A stretch of DNA of 64,000 bases from Squalus acanthias (lineage: Eukaryota). The notes beneath the pieces are model-generated. The model ran no database searches, was not told the origin of the DNA, and saw only the letters and a program-made list of their open reading frames with translations. The stretch covers positions 131,256,001 through 131,320,000 of the forward strand of contig CM059431.1 in assembly GCA_030390025.1 (NCBI GenBank). Direction: 5' to 3'. Made by a program: the position numbers and the translations under genes. Of the stretch, positions 1-10,879 are shown piece after piece. The stretch's first letter is position 1. The number at the start of each line of letters is the position of its first letter.

Positions 1-811
1 GTGAATATGAAAGCTATGATCTGCAGCAGCTTGTATAGTTTGAGCTGTAGACCAAAATTTAAAGTGGCTGCTAGTTTCACGTTCATAAAGATCTGATTAG
101 AATTGAGAATGAAACTCCCTAATTAGCGCAGCTGGAGTATTCCTTTTCATAGTGCAACATTTGTTTATTGTAACTTTCACTGAATTATCATGAGTCTGAC
201 CTCCTCCTTGCTTCTGTGCCATATGGTGCAGAAGTGCAAAGCATAAAAGCTGCAGCAGCTGACATTTTAGAAACTGGAATGAAAACTGGCACTTGCAGAT
301 TAGCTGACCAAAGATGCACTGCAGTTTAAGCTAACAAGCATGTTAGTTTTGTTCACAAAACAGGATAACAGCATTTAAGATACACAACCAGTACAAACAT
401 TATAGTCTGAAATGCAAGCTTCTCTGGGAAGGTGCATCTCTACGCACAGACTCATAACTGAAGGGAATCATTTTTCAAAACGACTTGGAACATCAGATCA
501 ACAAAAGCATATTCACTAAGAGCAACCTGATTTCATTGAAAAGAACTATGAGATTACATCAAAGTCTGCTGAAACTCCTGTGAACATCAGCATTCTTATT
601 GCTGCTGTGAAAGGCAGATATCATGGGCTGCAGCAGGATTTTGGCAGGCCGCTGAATCTGCTCAGGGATTGGGAGAGAAGTCTGTAAAACAGATTTGATA
701 TGTCAAATGCAAAGCACAAAAACTGACAGAAAAGTGCCAGAATTGTTGATAGCATGAAGTACAAATAATTGGATTGAGTTAAACTTCTGCTTATTGGTGC
801 AGCTATTGCAA

Positions 812-1123
812 ACGTGGCTGCAGTGTGCACCATCTACAAGATGCACTGCAGCAACTCGCCAAGGCTCCTTCGACAGAACCTCCCAAACCCGCAACCTCTT
901 CCACCTAGAAGGACAAGGGCAGCAGCCGCATGGGAACACCACCACCTCCAAGTTCCCCTCCAAGTCACACATCATCCTAACTTGGAAATATATTGGTGTT
1001 CCTTCATCGTCGCTGGGTCAAAATCCTGGAATTCCCTCCCTAACAGCACTGTGGAAGTACCTTCACCACACGGGCTTCAGCGGTTCAAGAAGGTGGCTCA
1101 CCACCACCTTCTCAAGGGCAATT
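812..1123 (+). mobile_element. 3' terminal fragment of a CR1/L2-group LINE (ORF2 C-terminus plus start of the 3' tail)
   Basis: Translates as AAVCTIYKMHCSNSPRLLRQ...SFIVAGSKSWNSLP, a non-LTR ORF2 C-terminus. The tail gctcaccaccaccttctcaagggcaa recurs at 50730-50822 (-) and 63170-63445. Confidence 0.8.
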
Positions 1124-2010
1124 GCCTGATAGTCATTGCCTGACACTTCTGTGGTGCGAATATTACCTGTCGGGCATGGACCGCTTCATTATCTGAGGAG
1201 TTGTGAATGGCGCTGAAAACTATGCAGTCATCAGCAAACATCCCCATTTCTGACCCTATGTTGAAAGGAAGGTCATTGATGAAGCAGGTGAAGATGGTTG
1301 GGGCTAGGACACTGCCCTGAGGAACTCCTGCAGCGATGTCCTGGGGCTGTGATGATTGACCTTCAACCACTACAACCATCTTCCTTTGTGCTAGGTATGA
1401 CTCCAGCCAGTGGAGAGTTTTCCCCCCGATTCCCATTGACTTCAGTTTTACTAGGGCTCTTTCATGCCACACTCGGTCAAATGCTGCCATGATGTCAAGG
1501 GCAGTCACTCTCACCTCACCTCTGGAATTCAGCTCCTTTGTCCATGTTTGGACCAAGGCTGTAATGAGGTCGGGAGCCGAATGGTCTTGGCGGAACCCAA
1601 ACTGGGCATCAGTGAGCAGGTTATTGGTGAGTTAGTGCCGCTTGATAGCACTGTCGATGACACCTTCCATCACTTTGCTGATGATTGAGAGTAGACTGAT
1701 GGGGCGGTAATTGGCCGGATTGGATTTGTCCTGCTTTTTGTGGACAGGACATACCTGGGCAGTTTTCCACATTGTCGGATAGATGCCAGTGTTGTAGCTG
1801 TATTGCAATAGCTTGGCTAGAGTCGCGGCTAGTTCTGGAGCACAAGTCTTCAGCGCGATAGCCGGGATGTTGTCGGGGCCCATAGCCTTTGCTGTATCCA
1901 GTGCGCTCAGCCGTTTCTTGATATCACGTGGAGTGAATCGAATTGGCTGAAGACTGGCTTTTGTGATGGTGGGGACCTCAGGAGTGGGCCGATATGGATC
2001 ATCCACTTGG
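1124..2010 (-). mobile_element. Non-LTR retrotransposon reverse transcriptase fragment (CR1/L2 group), frameshifted
   Basis: ORFs 1632..2069 (KAMGPDNIP, NYRPISLLS) and 1098..1556 ([26 protein letters not shown]) carry the RT motifs. Confidence 0.9.
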
Positions 2011-2304
2011 AACTGTTGGCTAAAGATGGTGGTGGTATTGAATCTGCTACATGAAAACATTGCTACCATTTTTATTCTAACAATTGTACCAGTGATTCAC
2101 TGCTCTAGATCTCACAAATCAGAAAGAGTTCAAAACTGTATTGAACAAAAAAATGACACTTTGTTTTGTAAGCAATGCATAGCACCATCTGATGACTGGC
2201 CATCTGCTTTCCAAACTGGAAACGATCTCTGGGAGTCCACTGCAAAGCCAATGCATGAAAAATGGGTTGTCGCTGTCTATGACCAGATGCAATTGAACAT
2301 GATC

Positions 2305-2742
2305 TTGCTGTGGCTCAGTTGGTAGCACACTTGCGTCTAAGTCAGAAGATTGTCTCACTCCAGGGACTTGAGCACATAAAGCTAGGCTGACACTCCAGTG
2401 CAGTGCTGAGGGAGTGCTGCACTGTCGGAGGTGCCGTCTTTCGGATGAGACGTTAAACCGAGGCCCTGTCTGCTCTCTCAGTGGACCTAACATATCCCAT
2501 GGCACTATTTCAATGAAGAGCTGGGGGGTTATCCCCGGTGTCCTGGGGCCAATATTTATCCTTCAACCAACATAACAAAAACAGATTATCTGGTCATTAT
2601 CGCATTGCTGTTTGTGGGAGGTATTTCCTATATTACAACAGTGACTGCACGTCAAAAAGTTCTTCAGTGGTTGTAAAGCGCTTTGTGACATCCGGTGGTC
2701 GTGAAAGGCGCTATATAAATGCAAGTCTTTCTTTTCTTTTTG
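2305..2742 (+). mobile_element. tRNA-derived SINE resembling Deu-domain SINEs (SacSINE1/AmnSINE1 type) with an L2-type tail
   Basis: A-box TGGCTCAGTTGG at 2311. The body ggtgccgtctttcggatgagacgttaaaccgaggcc recurs at about 58660-58710 (-). Tail is aaggcgctatataaatgcaagtcttt. Family name assigned from recall. Confidence 0.8.
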
Positions 2743-3171
2743 TAAAGTGATTAAAATAATTCTTCCTGCACTTTACACTATTAGTGCAGTACTTTAATAT
2801 AATTGTATTAAAGTAATGCCATTTGTAATGCATTGATTGCACGGTATTAATAGTAACATGTCCATTATTAGTAATTTTTCATTTACTTTGGTCATAGTTT
2901 GGAGTACAATATTCAATGTTAATACTGCATTTTGCCTTAGTGCCTGAAAGTCTTGTTGACTGTTAATAAAAATCTGTTTATTGAAATTTGAGCTGCAGTT
3001 TCTTTACACCAAATTGGAAAATGGTAAAAGTAAAACCCTCACAAAAATAACTTGTTTAGGGTATAAAGCTACTAAAGTGAGTCTGTCTTTAAAAAAAACT
3101 CTTGCCTGATCAACAGACATGCCAGGAAACAGGACTGAACTACTTACAGAGTTTATTAAATGGACATAATT

Positions 3172-3560
3172 TAGTCTAGTGGTTTTGTTTCTGGACCATA
3201 ATCCAGAAGACTGAACTAATAATCCAGAGAACGTGAGTTCAAATCCCACCATGGCAGTTTGAGAATTTAAATTCAGTTTAAAAAACTTGAAATAAAAAGC
3301 TGGTATTGGTAACAGCGACCATGAAGCTGTTGGTTCACTAATATCCTTTAGAGAAGGAAATCTGGCGCCCTTACGTGGTCTGGCCGATATGTGACTCCAG
3401 TTCCACCTCACCATGGTTGACTCTTAACTGCCCTCTGAAGTGGCCAAGCAAGCCTTTCAGTTCTAGCAAACTGTTAGAAGGCCCACCACTACCTTCACAG
3501 GGCAACTAGGGATAGGGAATAAATGCTGGCCTTGCCAGTAATGCCAAGAATGAATAAAAG
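3172..3560 (+). mobile_element. tRNA-derived SINE whose 3' tail matches the LINE at 812-1123
   Basis: B-box-like gagttcaaatccc. The 3' end gcccaccactaccttcacagggcaactagggatagggaataaatgctggccttgccag matches the LINE tails at 63197-63445. Confidence 0.7.
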
Positions 3561-5608
3561 AGAGGTGCATTTGTTATTCCTTATCCCTGAGAAAACTGTT
3601 TACCTGCCGCACTGTGCTCCCTCTAATGGCCTGACAGTGAACTGTTTAAACTTGTCCAGGACTAGCTCCGTCAGTAATTGGTTAGAGTTACAACTAGTCA
3701 TTCTTTGGTACTAAAGCAACCAGACAATTTACTTATCGCACCCCCCCACCCCCCCCCACCAACCCGGCCCCCCACCCCCATGACATGTCTTTGGTCAATA
3801 GAGTGGCAGCTGACCAGCTTTCAATTCTCTCCCAGTGCTCCTCTCAATAGTATGTAGGAGTCCATGAAAACAAGACATTTGACTTAATCTTCCTTCCTCT
3901 GGTGAAGCACCTCACCTCCATTCACTGCCTGCTCTAGACAGTTCAGCTGAGAATGAAAATTCACTGTAAATTCACCAGGTCCTACCATTCTACAGTTTAT
4001 TACTAGGATTCTGCAACCAAACAATCGGTCCTCCGATATTTTAAAAATGCTCTATTTTTAGTGGATTTGATTTCAGTGATACTGAAGTCCATCTGGCCAA
4101 CCAGCAGTGCTTTCCTGTTTAACAGTAAGGCTTGTGTATTACCCTTCATTTCAATTTTTGCTACTATTAACTGTAGGGGGTGGTGGTGTGTGTCAGCTTC
4201 ACCTCTGACTTCTGAGCGGTTCGAATCGCTCCCACTCCCTTAGTTCTAGACCTTGGACTTATTTGGGGGTTGTGACAAAAGTGCAGCAGACAACTGGTTT
4301 TGGTGCAAGAACTTTGATCTTTATTCAAGAGAGAAAATACAATACAACAATCTTAACACTCTAATAAAATGGGGAACACTTCGATACACACGAGGGAAAT
4401 TACAGTAGAAAAATACCTCACCCCTCCCAATCCCACTTTACTAGCTAAGTTGGGCTCTAGAGGACCAGGGATAATGCTCACCAAACGAATCTTTGACAAT
4501 TGAGCTGGTTTGCAGTTTCGGGGTTCGCTGGATGTGTTGGTTAGTGCCTGCCATACCCCAGACGCGGTAGAGGACTTCAACTGCGTATCTGGTCAGTCTT
4601 CGCGAGTCCGCTGATGCGGTAGGGTGCGTATTGGATGTATCGGGTGAGTACCCACTTTTCTTCGGTTAGAGTTAGGGTTTAGAGTCTTTTGAGTAAAAAT
4701 CTTACCCAGGGGTAAGTCAGGAATAGATTGTAGAGTGGAAACTTGCGAGTCTTCGGTTTTCTCCCGAGTTGGTTTTCTTTGGTCGCGGTGGCCCAATATT
4801 ACCCGATTGGTTGGTGGTAATATTTTGTTGGTAGTTTCTTAAGGCTCTTGTTGCCACGATGTGTGCGATGATGTCCTGGGTCACTGAAGCTGTTGAACTT
4901 GGGTGTACGGTAGAATGCTGCCCCGTCTCGATGCTCCGGTTTCTTCTTGTGTGTTGCTTCTTCTAGAGCTGCTGAACTCCGTAACTGCTGAACTCGATGA
5001 ACTCCTGATTGTTGTAACTGTGTAACTGCTCCACTCTTGAACTTGAGAAAACAGGCCTTCAATTGTTCACGAAAGTGTGAAGTGGTTTCGGGATGGTTCC
5101 ATGAGCTGTTGAGCTGTTTCTTAATTGTAGTCAATTGTGCTCAGGTTTCGAGTTTCCTGACTGGGCCTGAGATTTCTATAGAGTGGGTCGAAGTGATCTG
5201 TTTTATGCATGGTTTTGATAGGTCCTGTAATTTGGGTGGGGACTGCTCTTTCTCGGGTCTATTGTTAGGATATTAATGTCTGATAGGGGCCGTTTAACTC
5301 CAAGTGAGGTCATGCGGTTCCCCAGACAGTTTGATTAACTCCAATACCCAAACTGTCTTTTACAGAGGTTGAACCCAACTCCTGTTGCAGCCTTTTTCCT
5401 TTACAAGCCCAAACATGCCTTTTTAAAAATACCAAATCTTGGTTTTTGCTCTGAATCGCCCTCTGTTAGGCCCAATACATTTTATCACCCTGAAATGGTT
5501 AGAAAAGAGTCCAAAGGCCTTTTCATAGAACATAGAACATAGAACAGTACAGCACAGTACAGGCCCTTCGGCCCTCGATGTTGTGCCGAGCATTGTCCGA
5601 GACCAAGA

Positions 5609-8515
5609 TCAAGCTATCACACTCCCTGTCACTCTGGTGTGCTCCATGTGCTTATCCAATAACCGCTTGAAAGTTCCTAAAGTGTCCGACTCCACTATCA
5701 CAGCAGGCAGTCCATTCCACACCCCAACCACTCTCTGAGTAAAGAATCTACCTCGGACATCCCTTCTATATCTCCCCCCATGCACCTTATAGCTATGCCC
5801 CCTTGTAACAGCTGCCTCTACCCGAGGAAATAGTCTCTGAACATCCACTCTATCTATCCCCCTCATCATCTTATAAACCTCTATTAAGTCGCCTCTCATC
5901 CTCCTCCGCTCTAAAGAGAAAAGCCCCAACTCCCTCAATCTTTCCTCATAAGACCTCCCCCCCAAACCAGGCAGCATCCTGGTAAATCTCCTTTGCACTC
6001 TTTCCAATGCTTCCACGTCCTTCCTATAGTGAGGTGACCAGAACTGCACACAATATTCCAAATGTGGTCTCACCAAGGTCCTGTACAGTTGCAGCATAAC
6101 CTCACGGTTCTTAAACTCAAACCCTCTGTTAATAAACGCCAACACACCATAGGCCTTCTTTACTGCTCTATCCACTTGAGTGGCAACCTTCAGAGATCTG
6201 TGGATATGAACCCCCAGATCCCTCTGCTCCTCCACGTTCCTCAGAACCCTGCCGTTGACCCTGTAATCCTTATTCACATTTGCCCTACCAAAATGAATCA
6301 CCTCGCACTTATCAGGGTTAAATTCCATCTGCCATTTTTCGGCCCAGCTCTGCATCCTATCAATGTCTCTTTGCAGCCTACAACTGCCCTCCACCTCATC
6401 CACTACTCCACCAATCTTGGTGTCATCAGCAAATTTACTGATCCACCCTTCAGTCCCCTCCTCCAAGTCATTGATAAAAATCACAAACAGCAGAGGACCC
6501 AGCACCGACCCCTGTGGCACACCGCTGGTAACTGGTCTCCAGTCCGAAAATGTTCCATCCACCACCACCCTCTGCCTTCTATGAGATAGCCAGTTACTTA
6601 TCCAATCGGCCAAATTTCCCTCTATCCCACAACTCCTTACTTTCTTCATGAGACGACCATGGGGAACCTTATCAAACGCCTTACTAAAATCCATGTATAC
6701 GACATCAACCGCTCTACCTTCATCCACACACTTAGTTACCTCCTCAAAGAATTCAATCAAATTTGTTAGGCAAGACTTACCCTTCACGAATCCGTGTTGA
6801 CTATCCCTGATTAAGTTGCCCCTTTCCAAATGGTCATAAATCCTATCCCTCAGGACCTTTTCCATTATCTTACCAACCACCGAAGTAAGACTAACCGGCT
6901 TATAATTACCAGGGTCATTCCTATTTCCTTTCTTGAAGAGAGGAACAACATTCGCCACTCTCCAGTCCTCTGGCACCATCCCCGTGGACAGTGAGGACAC
7001 AAAGATCAAAGCCAGAGGCTCTGCAATCTCCTCCCTTGCCTCCCAAAGAATCCTAGGATATATCCCATCTGGCCCAGGGGACTTATCGACCCTCAGGTTC
7101 TTCAAAATTGCTAAAACATCTTCCCTCAGAACATCTACCACCTCCAGCCTATCCACCTTTATCACACTCTCATCCTCAAGAACATGGCCCCTCTCCTCGG
7201 TGAACACTGACGAAAAGTATTCATTCATCACCTCTCCTATCTCTTCTGACTCCATGCACAAGTTCCCACTACTGTCCTTGACCGGCCCTACCCTCACCCT
7301 GGTCATTCTTTTATTTCTCACATAAGAGTAAAAAGCCTTGGGGTTTTTCTTGATCCGACCCGCCAAGGACTTCTCATGCCCCCTCCTAGCTCTCCTAAGC
7401 TCTTTTTTTAGCTCATTCCTTGCTACCTTGTACCCCTCAATCGACCCAACTGAACCTTGTTTTCTCATCCTTACATACGCTTCCTTTTTCCTCTTGACTA
7501 GACATTCAACCTCTTTTGTGAACCATGGTTCTCTCACTCGGCCATTTCCTCCCTGCCTGACAGGGACATACCTATCAAGGACACGCAGTAATTGCTCCAT
7601 GAAAAAGCTGCACTTTTCGTTTGTGCCTTTCCCTGATAGTTTCTGTTCCCATCTTATACTCCCTAATTCTTGCCTAATCGCATCATAATTACCCCTCCCC
7701 CAATTATAAACCCTGCCCTGCCGTATGGCCCTATCCCTCTCCATTGCAATAGTGAAAGTTACCGAATTGTGGTCACTATCTCCAAAGTGCTCTCCCACAT
7801 ACAAATCAAACACTTGGCCCGGTTCATTACCCAGTACCAAATCCAACGTGGCCCCACCTCTTGTCGGCCTATCCACATATTGTGTCAGGAAACCCTCCTG
7901 CACACACTGTGCAAAAACTATCCCATCCGAACTGTTTGACCTATAAAGGTTCCAATCAATATTTGGAAAGTTGAAGTCACCCATGACAACTAATCTGTGA
8001 CCTCCACACCTATTCATAATCTGCTTTGCAATTTCTTCCTCCACATCTTTATTACTATTTGGGGGCCTGTAGAAAACTCCTAACAACGTGACCGCTCCTT
8101 TCCTATTTCTAACTTCAGCCCATATTACCTCAGACGGCAGATCCCCCTCGAACTGCCTTTCTGCCGCTGTTAAACTATCCTTGATTAACAATGCTACTCC
8201 TCCACCTTTCTTACCAACTTCCCTACTCTTACTGAAACATCTATACCCCGGAACTTCCAACAACCATTCCTGTCCCTGTTCTAACCATGTCTCCGTAATG
8301 GCCACCACATCGTAGTCCCAAGTACCAATCCACGCTCCAAGTTCTCCTACCTTATTCCGGATGCTCCTTGCATTGAAGTAGACACACTTCAAGCCATCTT
8401 CCTGTCTGCCGGTACATTCCTGCGACCTTGATACCCTCCTCAGTACCTCCCTACACTCACCACTGGCTCGTGGACTACAGCCCTTTTTCCCATCCCCCTG
8501 ACAAATTAGTTTAAA
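5609..8515 (-). CDS. CR1 ORF2: APE endonuclease plus reverse transcriptase, uninterrupted
   Basis: Endonuclease motifs YFNARS, AITETW, FYRPP, MGDFN, SDHN. RT motifs [21 protein letters not shown]. The track start at 8626 is a TTG and the first in-frame ATG is at 8017. Confidence 0.93.
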   Translation of the reverse strand, partial: FKLICQGDGKKGCSPRASGECREVLRRVSRSQECTGRQEDGLKCVYFNARSIRNKVGELGAWIGTWDYDVVAITETWLEQGQEWLLEVPGYRCFSKSREVGKKGGGVALLIKDSLTAAERQFEGDLPSEVIWAEVRNRKGAVTLLGVFYRPPNSNKDVEEEIAKQIMNRCGGHRLVVMGDFNFPNIDWNLYRSNSSDGIVFAQCVQEGFLTQYVDRPTRGGATLDLVLGNEPGQVFDLYVGEHFGDSDHNSVTFTIAMERDRAIRQGRVYNWGRGNYDAIRQELGSIRWEQKLSGKGTNEKCSFFMEQLLRVLDRYVPVRQGGNGRVREPWFTKEVECLVKRKKEAYVRMRKQGSVGSIEGYKVARNELKKELRRARRGHEKSLAGRIKKNPKAFYSYVRNKRMTRVRVGPVKDSSGNLCMESEEIGEVMNEYFSSVFTEERGHVLEDESVIKVDRLEVVDVLREDVLAILKNLRVDKSPGPDGIYPRILWEAREEIAEPLALIFVSSLSTGMVPEDWRVANVVPLFKKGNRNDPGNYKPVSLTSVVGKIMEKVLRDRIYDHLERGNLIRDSQHGFVKGKSCLTNLIEFFEEVTKCVDEGRAVDVVYMDFSKAFDKVPHGRLMKKVRSCGIEGNLADWISNWLSHRRQRVVVDGTFSDWRPVTSGVPQGSVLGPLLFVIFINDLEEGTEGWISKFADDTKIGGVVDEVEGSCRLQRDIDRMQSWAEKWQMEFNPDKCEVIHFGRANVNKDYRVNGRVLRNVEEQRDLGVHIHRSLKVATQVDRAVKKAYGVLAFINRGFEFKNREVMLQLYRTLVRPHLEYCVQFWSPHYRKDVEALERVQRRFTRMLPGLGGRSYEERLRELGLFSLERRRMRGDLIEVYKMMRGIDRVDVQRLFPRVEAAVTRGHSYKVHGGRYRRDVRGRFFTQRVVGVWNGLPAVIVESDTLGTFKRLLDKHMEHTRVTGSVIA

Positions 8516-9431
8516 CCCCCCCGAAGAGCCGTAGCAAATTTCCCTCCCAGGATATTGGTGCCCCTCTGGTTCAGGTGCAAACCGTCCTGTTTGTACAGGT
8601 CCCACCTTCCCCAGAATGTGCTCCAATTATCCACATAACTGAAACCCTCCCCCCTACACCATCCCTGCAGCCACGTGTTTATCTGCACTCTCTCCCTGTT
8701 CCTCAGTTCGCTAGCACGTGGCACCGGCAACAAACCAGAAATTACAACATGGTTTGTACTGGCTCTCAGCTTCCAACCTAGCTCCCTAAATTCCTGTTTT
8801 AAATCCCCGTCCCTTCTCCTACCTATGTCGTTGGTACCGATGTGTACCACGACTTGTGATTGTTCCCCTTCCCCTTTGAGGATTCTGAAAACACGGTCCG
8901 AGACGTCACGGACCCTGGCACCCGGGAGGCAACATACCATCCGTGAGTCTCTTTTGCTGCCACAGAACCTCCTATCTGTCCCTCTGACTATTGAGTCCCC
9001 AATAACTATTGCTCTCCTGCTCTCCCCCCTTCCCTTCTGAGCCACAGGGACGGACCCAGCGCCGGAGATCCGGTCACCGTGGCTTACCACTGGTAAGTTG
9101 TCCCCTCAACAGTATTCAAAGCGGTATACCTGTTACTGAGGGGAACGACCACAGAGGATCCCTGCACTGACTGCTTCCTCCTAGCCCCTCTCACCGTCAC
9201 CCATCTATCTTCATGCTTTGGAGTAATTACATCCCTGAAGCTTCTATCTATGACCTCCTCTGCCTCCCGAATGATCCGAAGTTCATCCAGCTCCAGCTCC
9301 AGTTCCCTAACACGGTTTTCGAGGAGCTGGAGATGGGTGCACTTCCCACAGGTGTAATCAGCAGGGACACCTACGGCGTCCCTCACCTCAAACATTCTGC
9401 AGGAGGAACATTTCACTGCCTCCCCTGCCAT
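8506..9431 (-). pseudogene. CR1 ORF1 (zinc knuckle, leucine zipper, SGNH/GDSL esterase) with one frameshift near 9102-9105
   Basis: 9084..9431 has CSSC...CGKC and LENRVRELELELDEL. 8506..9090 has IGDSIVR, HIGTND, DGLHLN. One extra G in the G run would join the two frames. Confidence 0.88.
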
Positions 9432-9627
9432 CCCCTCCAGCTAACTTGCAGATTAAACTAGAACAAAAAAGATCTTACCTGATAGTCACTCTCCTCCTTT
9501 AGGTTAGAGGAGGAGGAAGGGTGGGGGACACTACAAGTGTAGTGTCTCGGGTTTAGAAACCGCCCAACTTATATACAGGTAAAAATTACTCACCTACCCA
9601 GCAACCACTGCATCCCGCACTTTAAAA

Positions 9628-9889
9628 GCCTCTGTGGGCCTACCTGATCGCCGCCGCCTCTTAAGTCCTCCGCCTCGCCGCAGCCGCTCCACCCAGGTCC
9701 GCCGCCTCTGTGGGCCTACTTGGTCGCCGCCGCCTCTTAAGTCCTCCGCCTCGCCGCAGCCGCTCCACCCAGGTCCGCCGCCTCTGTGGGCCTACCTGGT
9801 CGCCGCCGCCTCTTAAGTCCTCCGCCTCGCCGCAGCCGCTCCACCCAGGTCCGCCGCCTCTGTGGGCCTACCTGGTCGCCGCCGCCTCT
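9628..9889 (-). repeat. About 3.4 tandem copies of a 76-bp GC-rich monomer at the CR1 5' end
   Basis: The unit gcctctgtgggcctacctggtcgccgccgcctcttaagtcctccgcctcgccgcagccgctccacccaggtccgcc repeats with a 76-bp period. Confidence 0.92.
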
Positions 9890-10111
9890 TCCTTAGGGTT
9901 TTTTTTCTGAGTTTTGGGGGGATCTGTGAAATCTGCGAATTTTGAGAATCTTGCATAATTCAACCCATGGTCTTTCATTAGGATGAGCTCCAGTTCTGAA
10001 AAAAATGCAATAATAAGTCTTTTGTTCTTCAACTCTATATTATTGACATGCTCCAAAAACAAAATGCATGGTTAAAAATGAGCATATCATGGAGGGTGTA
10101 ATAAATACATT

Positions 10112-10879
10112 GGCCCAAAATTTGTGATTGGAGGCTTCCCTCGGGCAGATGCCTCCGACCTGTAAAAAATCTACGAATGTACCTGGTGACCCGGGGGGTG
10201 GGGGAGGTATTGAGACTTGCGATCCTGGGCCTCTCCGGGTCCGCGCGGGCAGAGGCCCACGTATCTCAGAGGCGCAGGTGGTTTGCAAGCGCCCCTGGGA
10301 TCACGCGGGCCAGCCTAACCAATAAAAGAAGGGTATCCCCATTCATACTTATGGGAGTTCCGTAAGTACAGAACTCCCATAAGTATGAATGAGGATCACT
10401 TAAAAAATACACAAACACATGAAATAAATAAATAAATAAATTACTTAATTAAAATGCCATTTAATTAAATATTTTAAACAAAAATTTAATTTTTTGGAAA
10501 TTTTTTAATATGTTTTAACGGTGCTAAAAATAAACTTTCCTTATTGGACAGGGTTTTTAATGTATAAATGAGTGTTAAAATTTTATTTTTCTATTTTTTA
10601 AAACTCTTATGCTGGTAAAAGCAGGCCTTACGCCTGCTTTAACCAGGCGTAAGAATTTCAGGGGCATTCAGCGGGCGGAAGTTGGGCAAATAGCGCAACT
10701 CTCCACCCGCAGAGGGCCTTTTCCCGTGGATGCGGAGGATCTGTCAAGAAGATTCTTGATAGATCGCAAGTTCCGTGTTTTAGCGCATGCGCTTCGCATG
10801 CCTAAACCCGAAACTTGCGCGGCCCCTATGGGCGCGTACAGACCTTTTACACACCCGTAGGGGTCGCAAAATACGGCCC
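10112..10879. mobile_element. Non-autonomous Harbinger-type MITE (family A)
   Basis: Ends ggcccaaaatttg...caaaatacggccc with 3-bp TSD ATT/ATT. An inverted homologue lies at 38499-40462. Confidence 0.85.

Larger units (their letters stand above)
5525..9889 (-). mobile_element. Near full-length CR1 LINE
   Basis: 5' tandem monomers, ORF1 (Cys/His knuckle, leucine zipper, SGNH esterase), uninterrupted ORF2, and a (TTCTATG)n 3' tail seen as catagaa repeats at 5525-5545. Confidence 0.95.
4172..9955 (-). mobile_element. Solo-LTR-like element (about 1.4 kb: 4172-5524 plus about 9890-9955), interrupted by a CR1 LINE
   Basis: TG...CA termini. Flanks TAAC (4168-4171) and TAAT (9956-9959) form a 4-bp TSD with one mismatch. 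AATAAA on - at 4320-4325. Both ends and a U5-like block resemble the insert at 44232-45852. Confidence 0.6.

Noticed and set aside
1..800. Possible ancient coding or transposase remnant
   Set aside because: The partial manual translation I tried gave no recognisable motif. A blastx search would be needed.
4214..4231. tRNA gene suggested by GGTTCGAATC
   Set aside because: No acceptor stem, D-arm or anticodon arm could be built around it. Kept only as an LTR hairpin.
6062..8315. Plus-strand ORFs overlapping CR1 ORF2
   Set aside because: Antisense shadows of the LINE coding sequence.
9628..9889. CRISPR-like array
   Set aside because: The units are head-to-tail with no unique spacers, in a eukaryotic LINE context.
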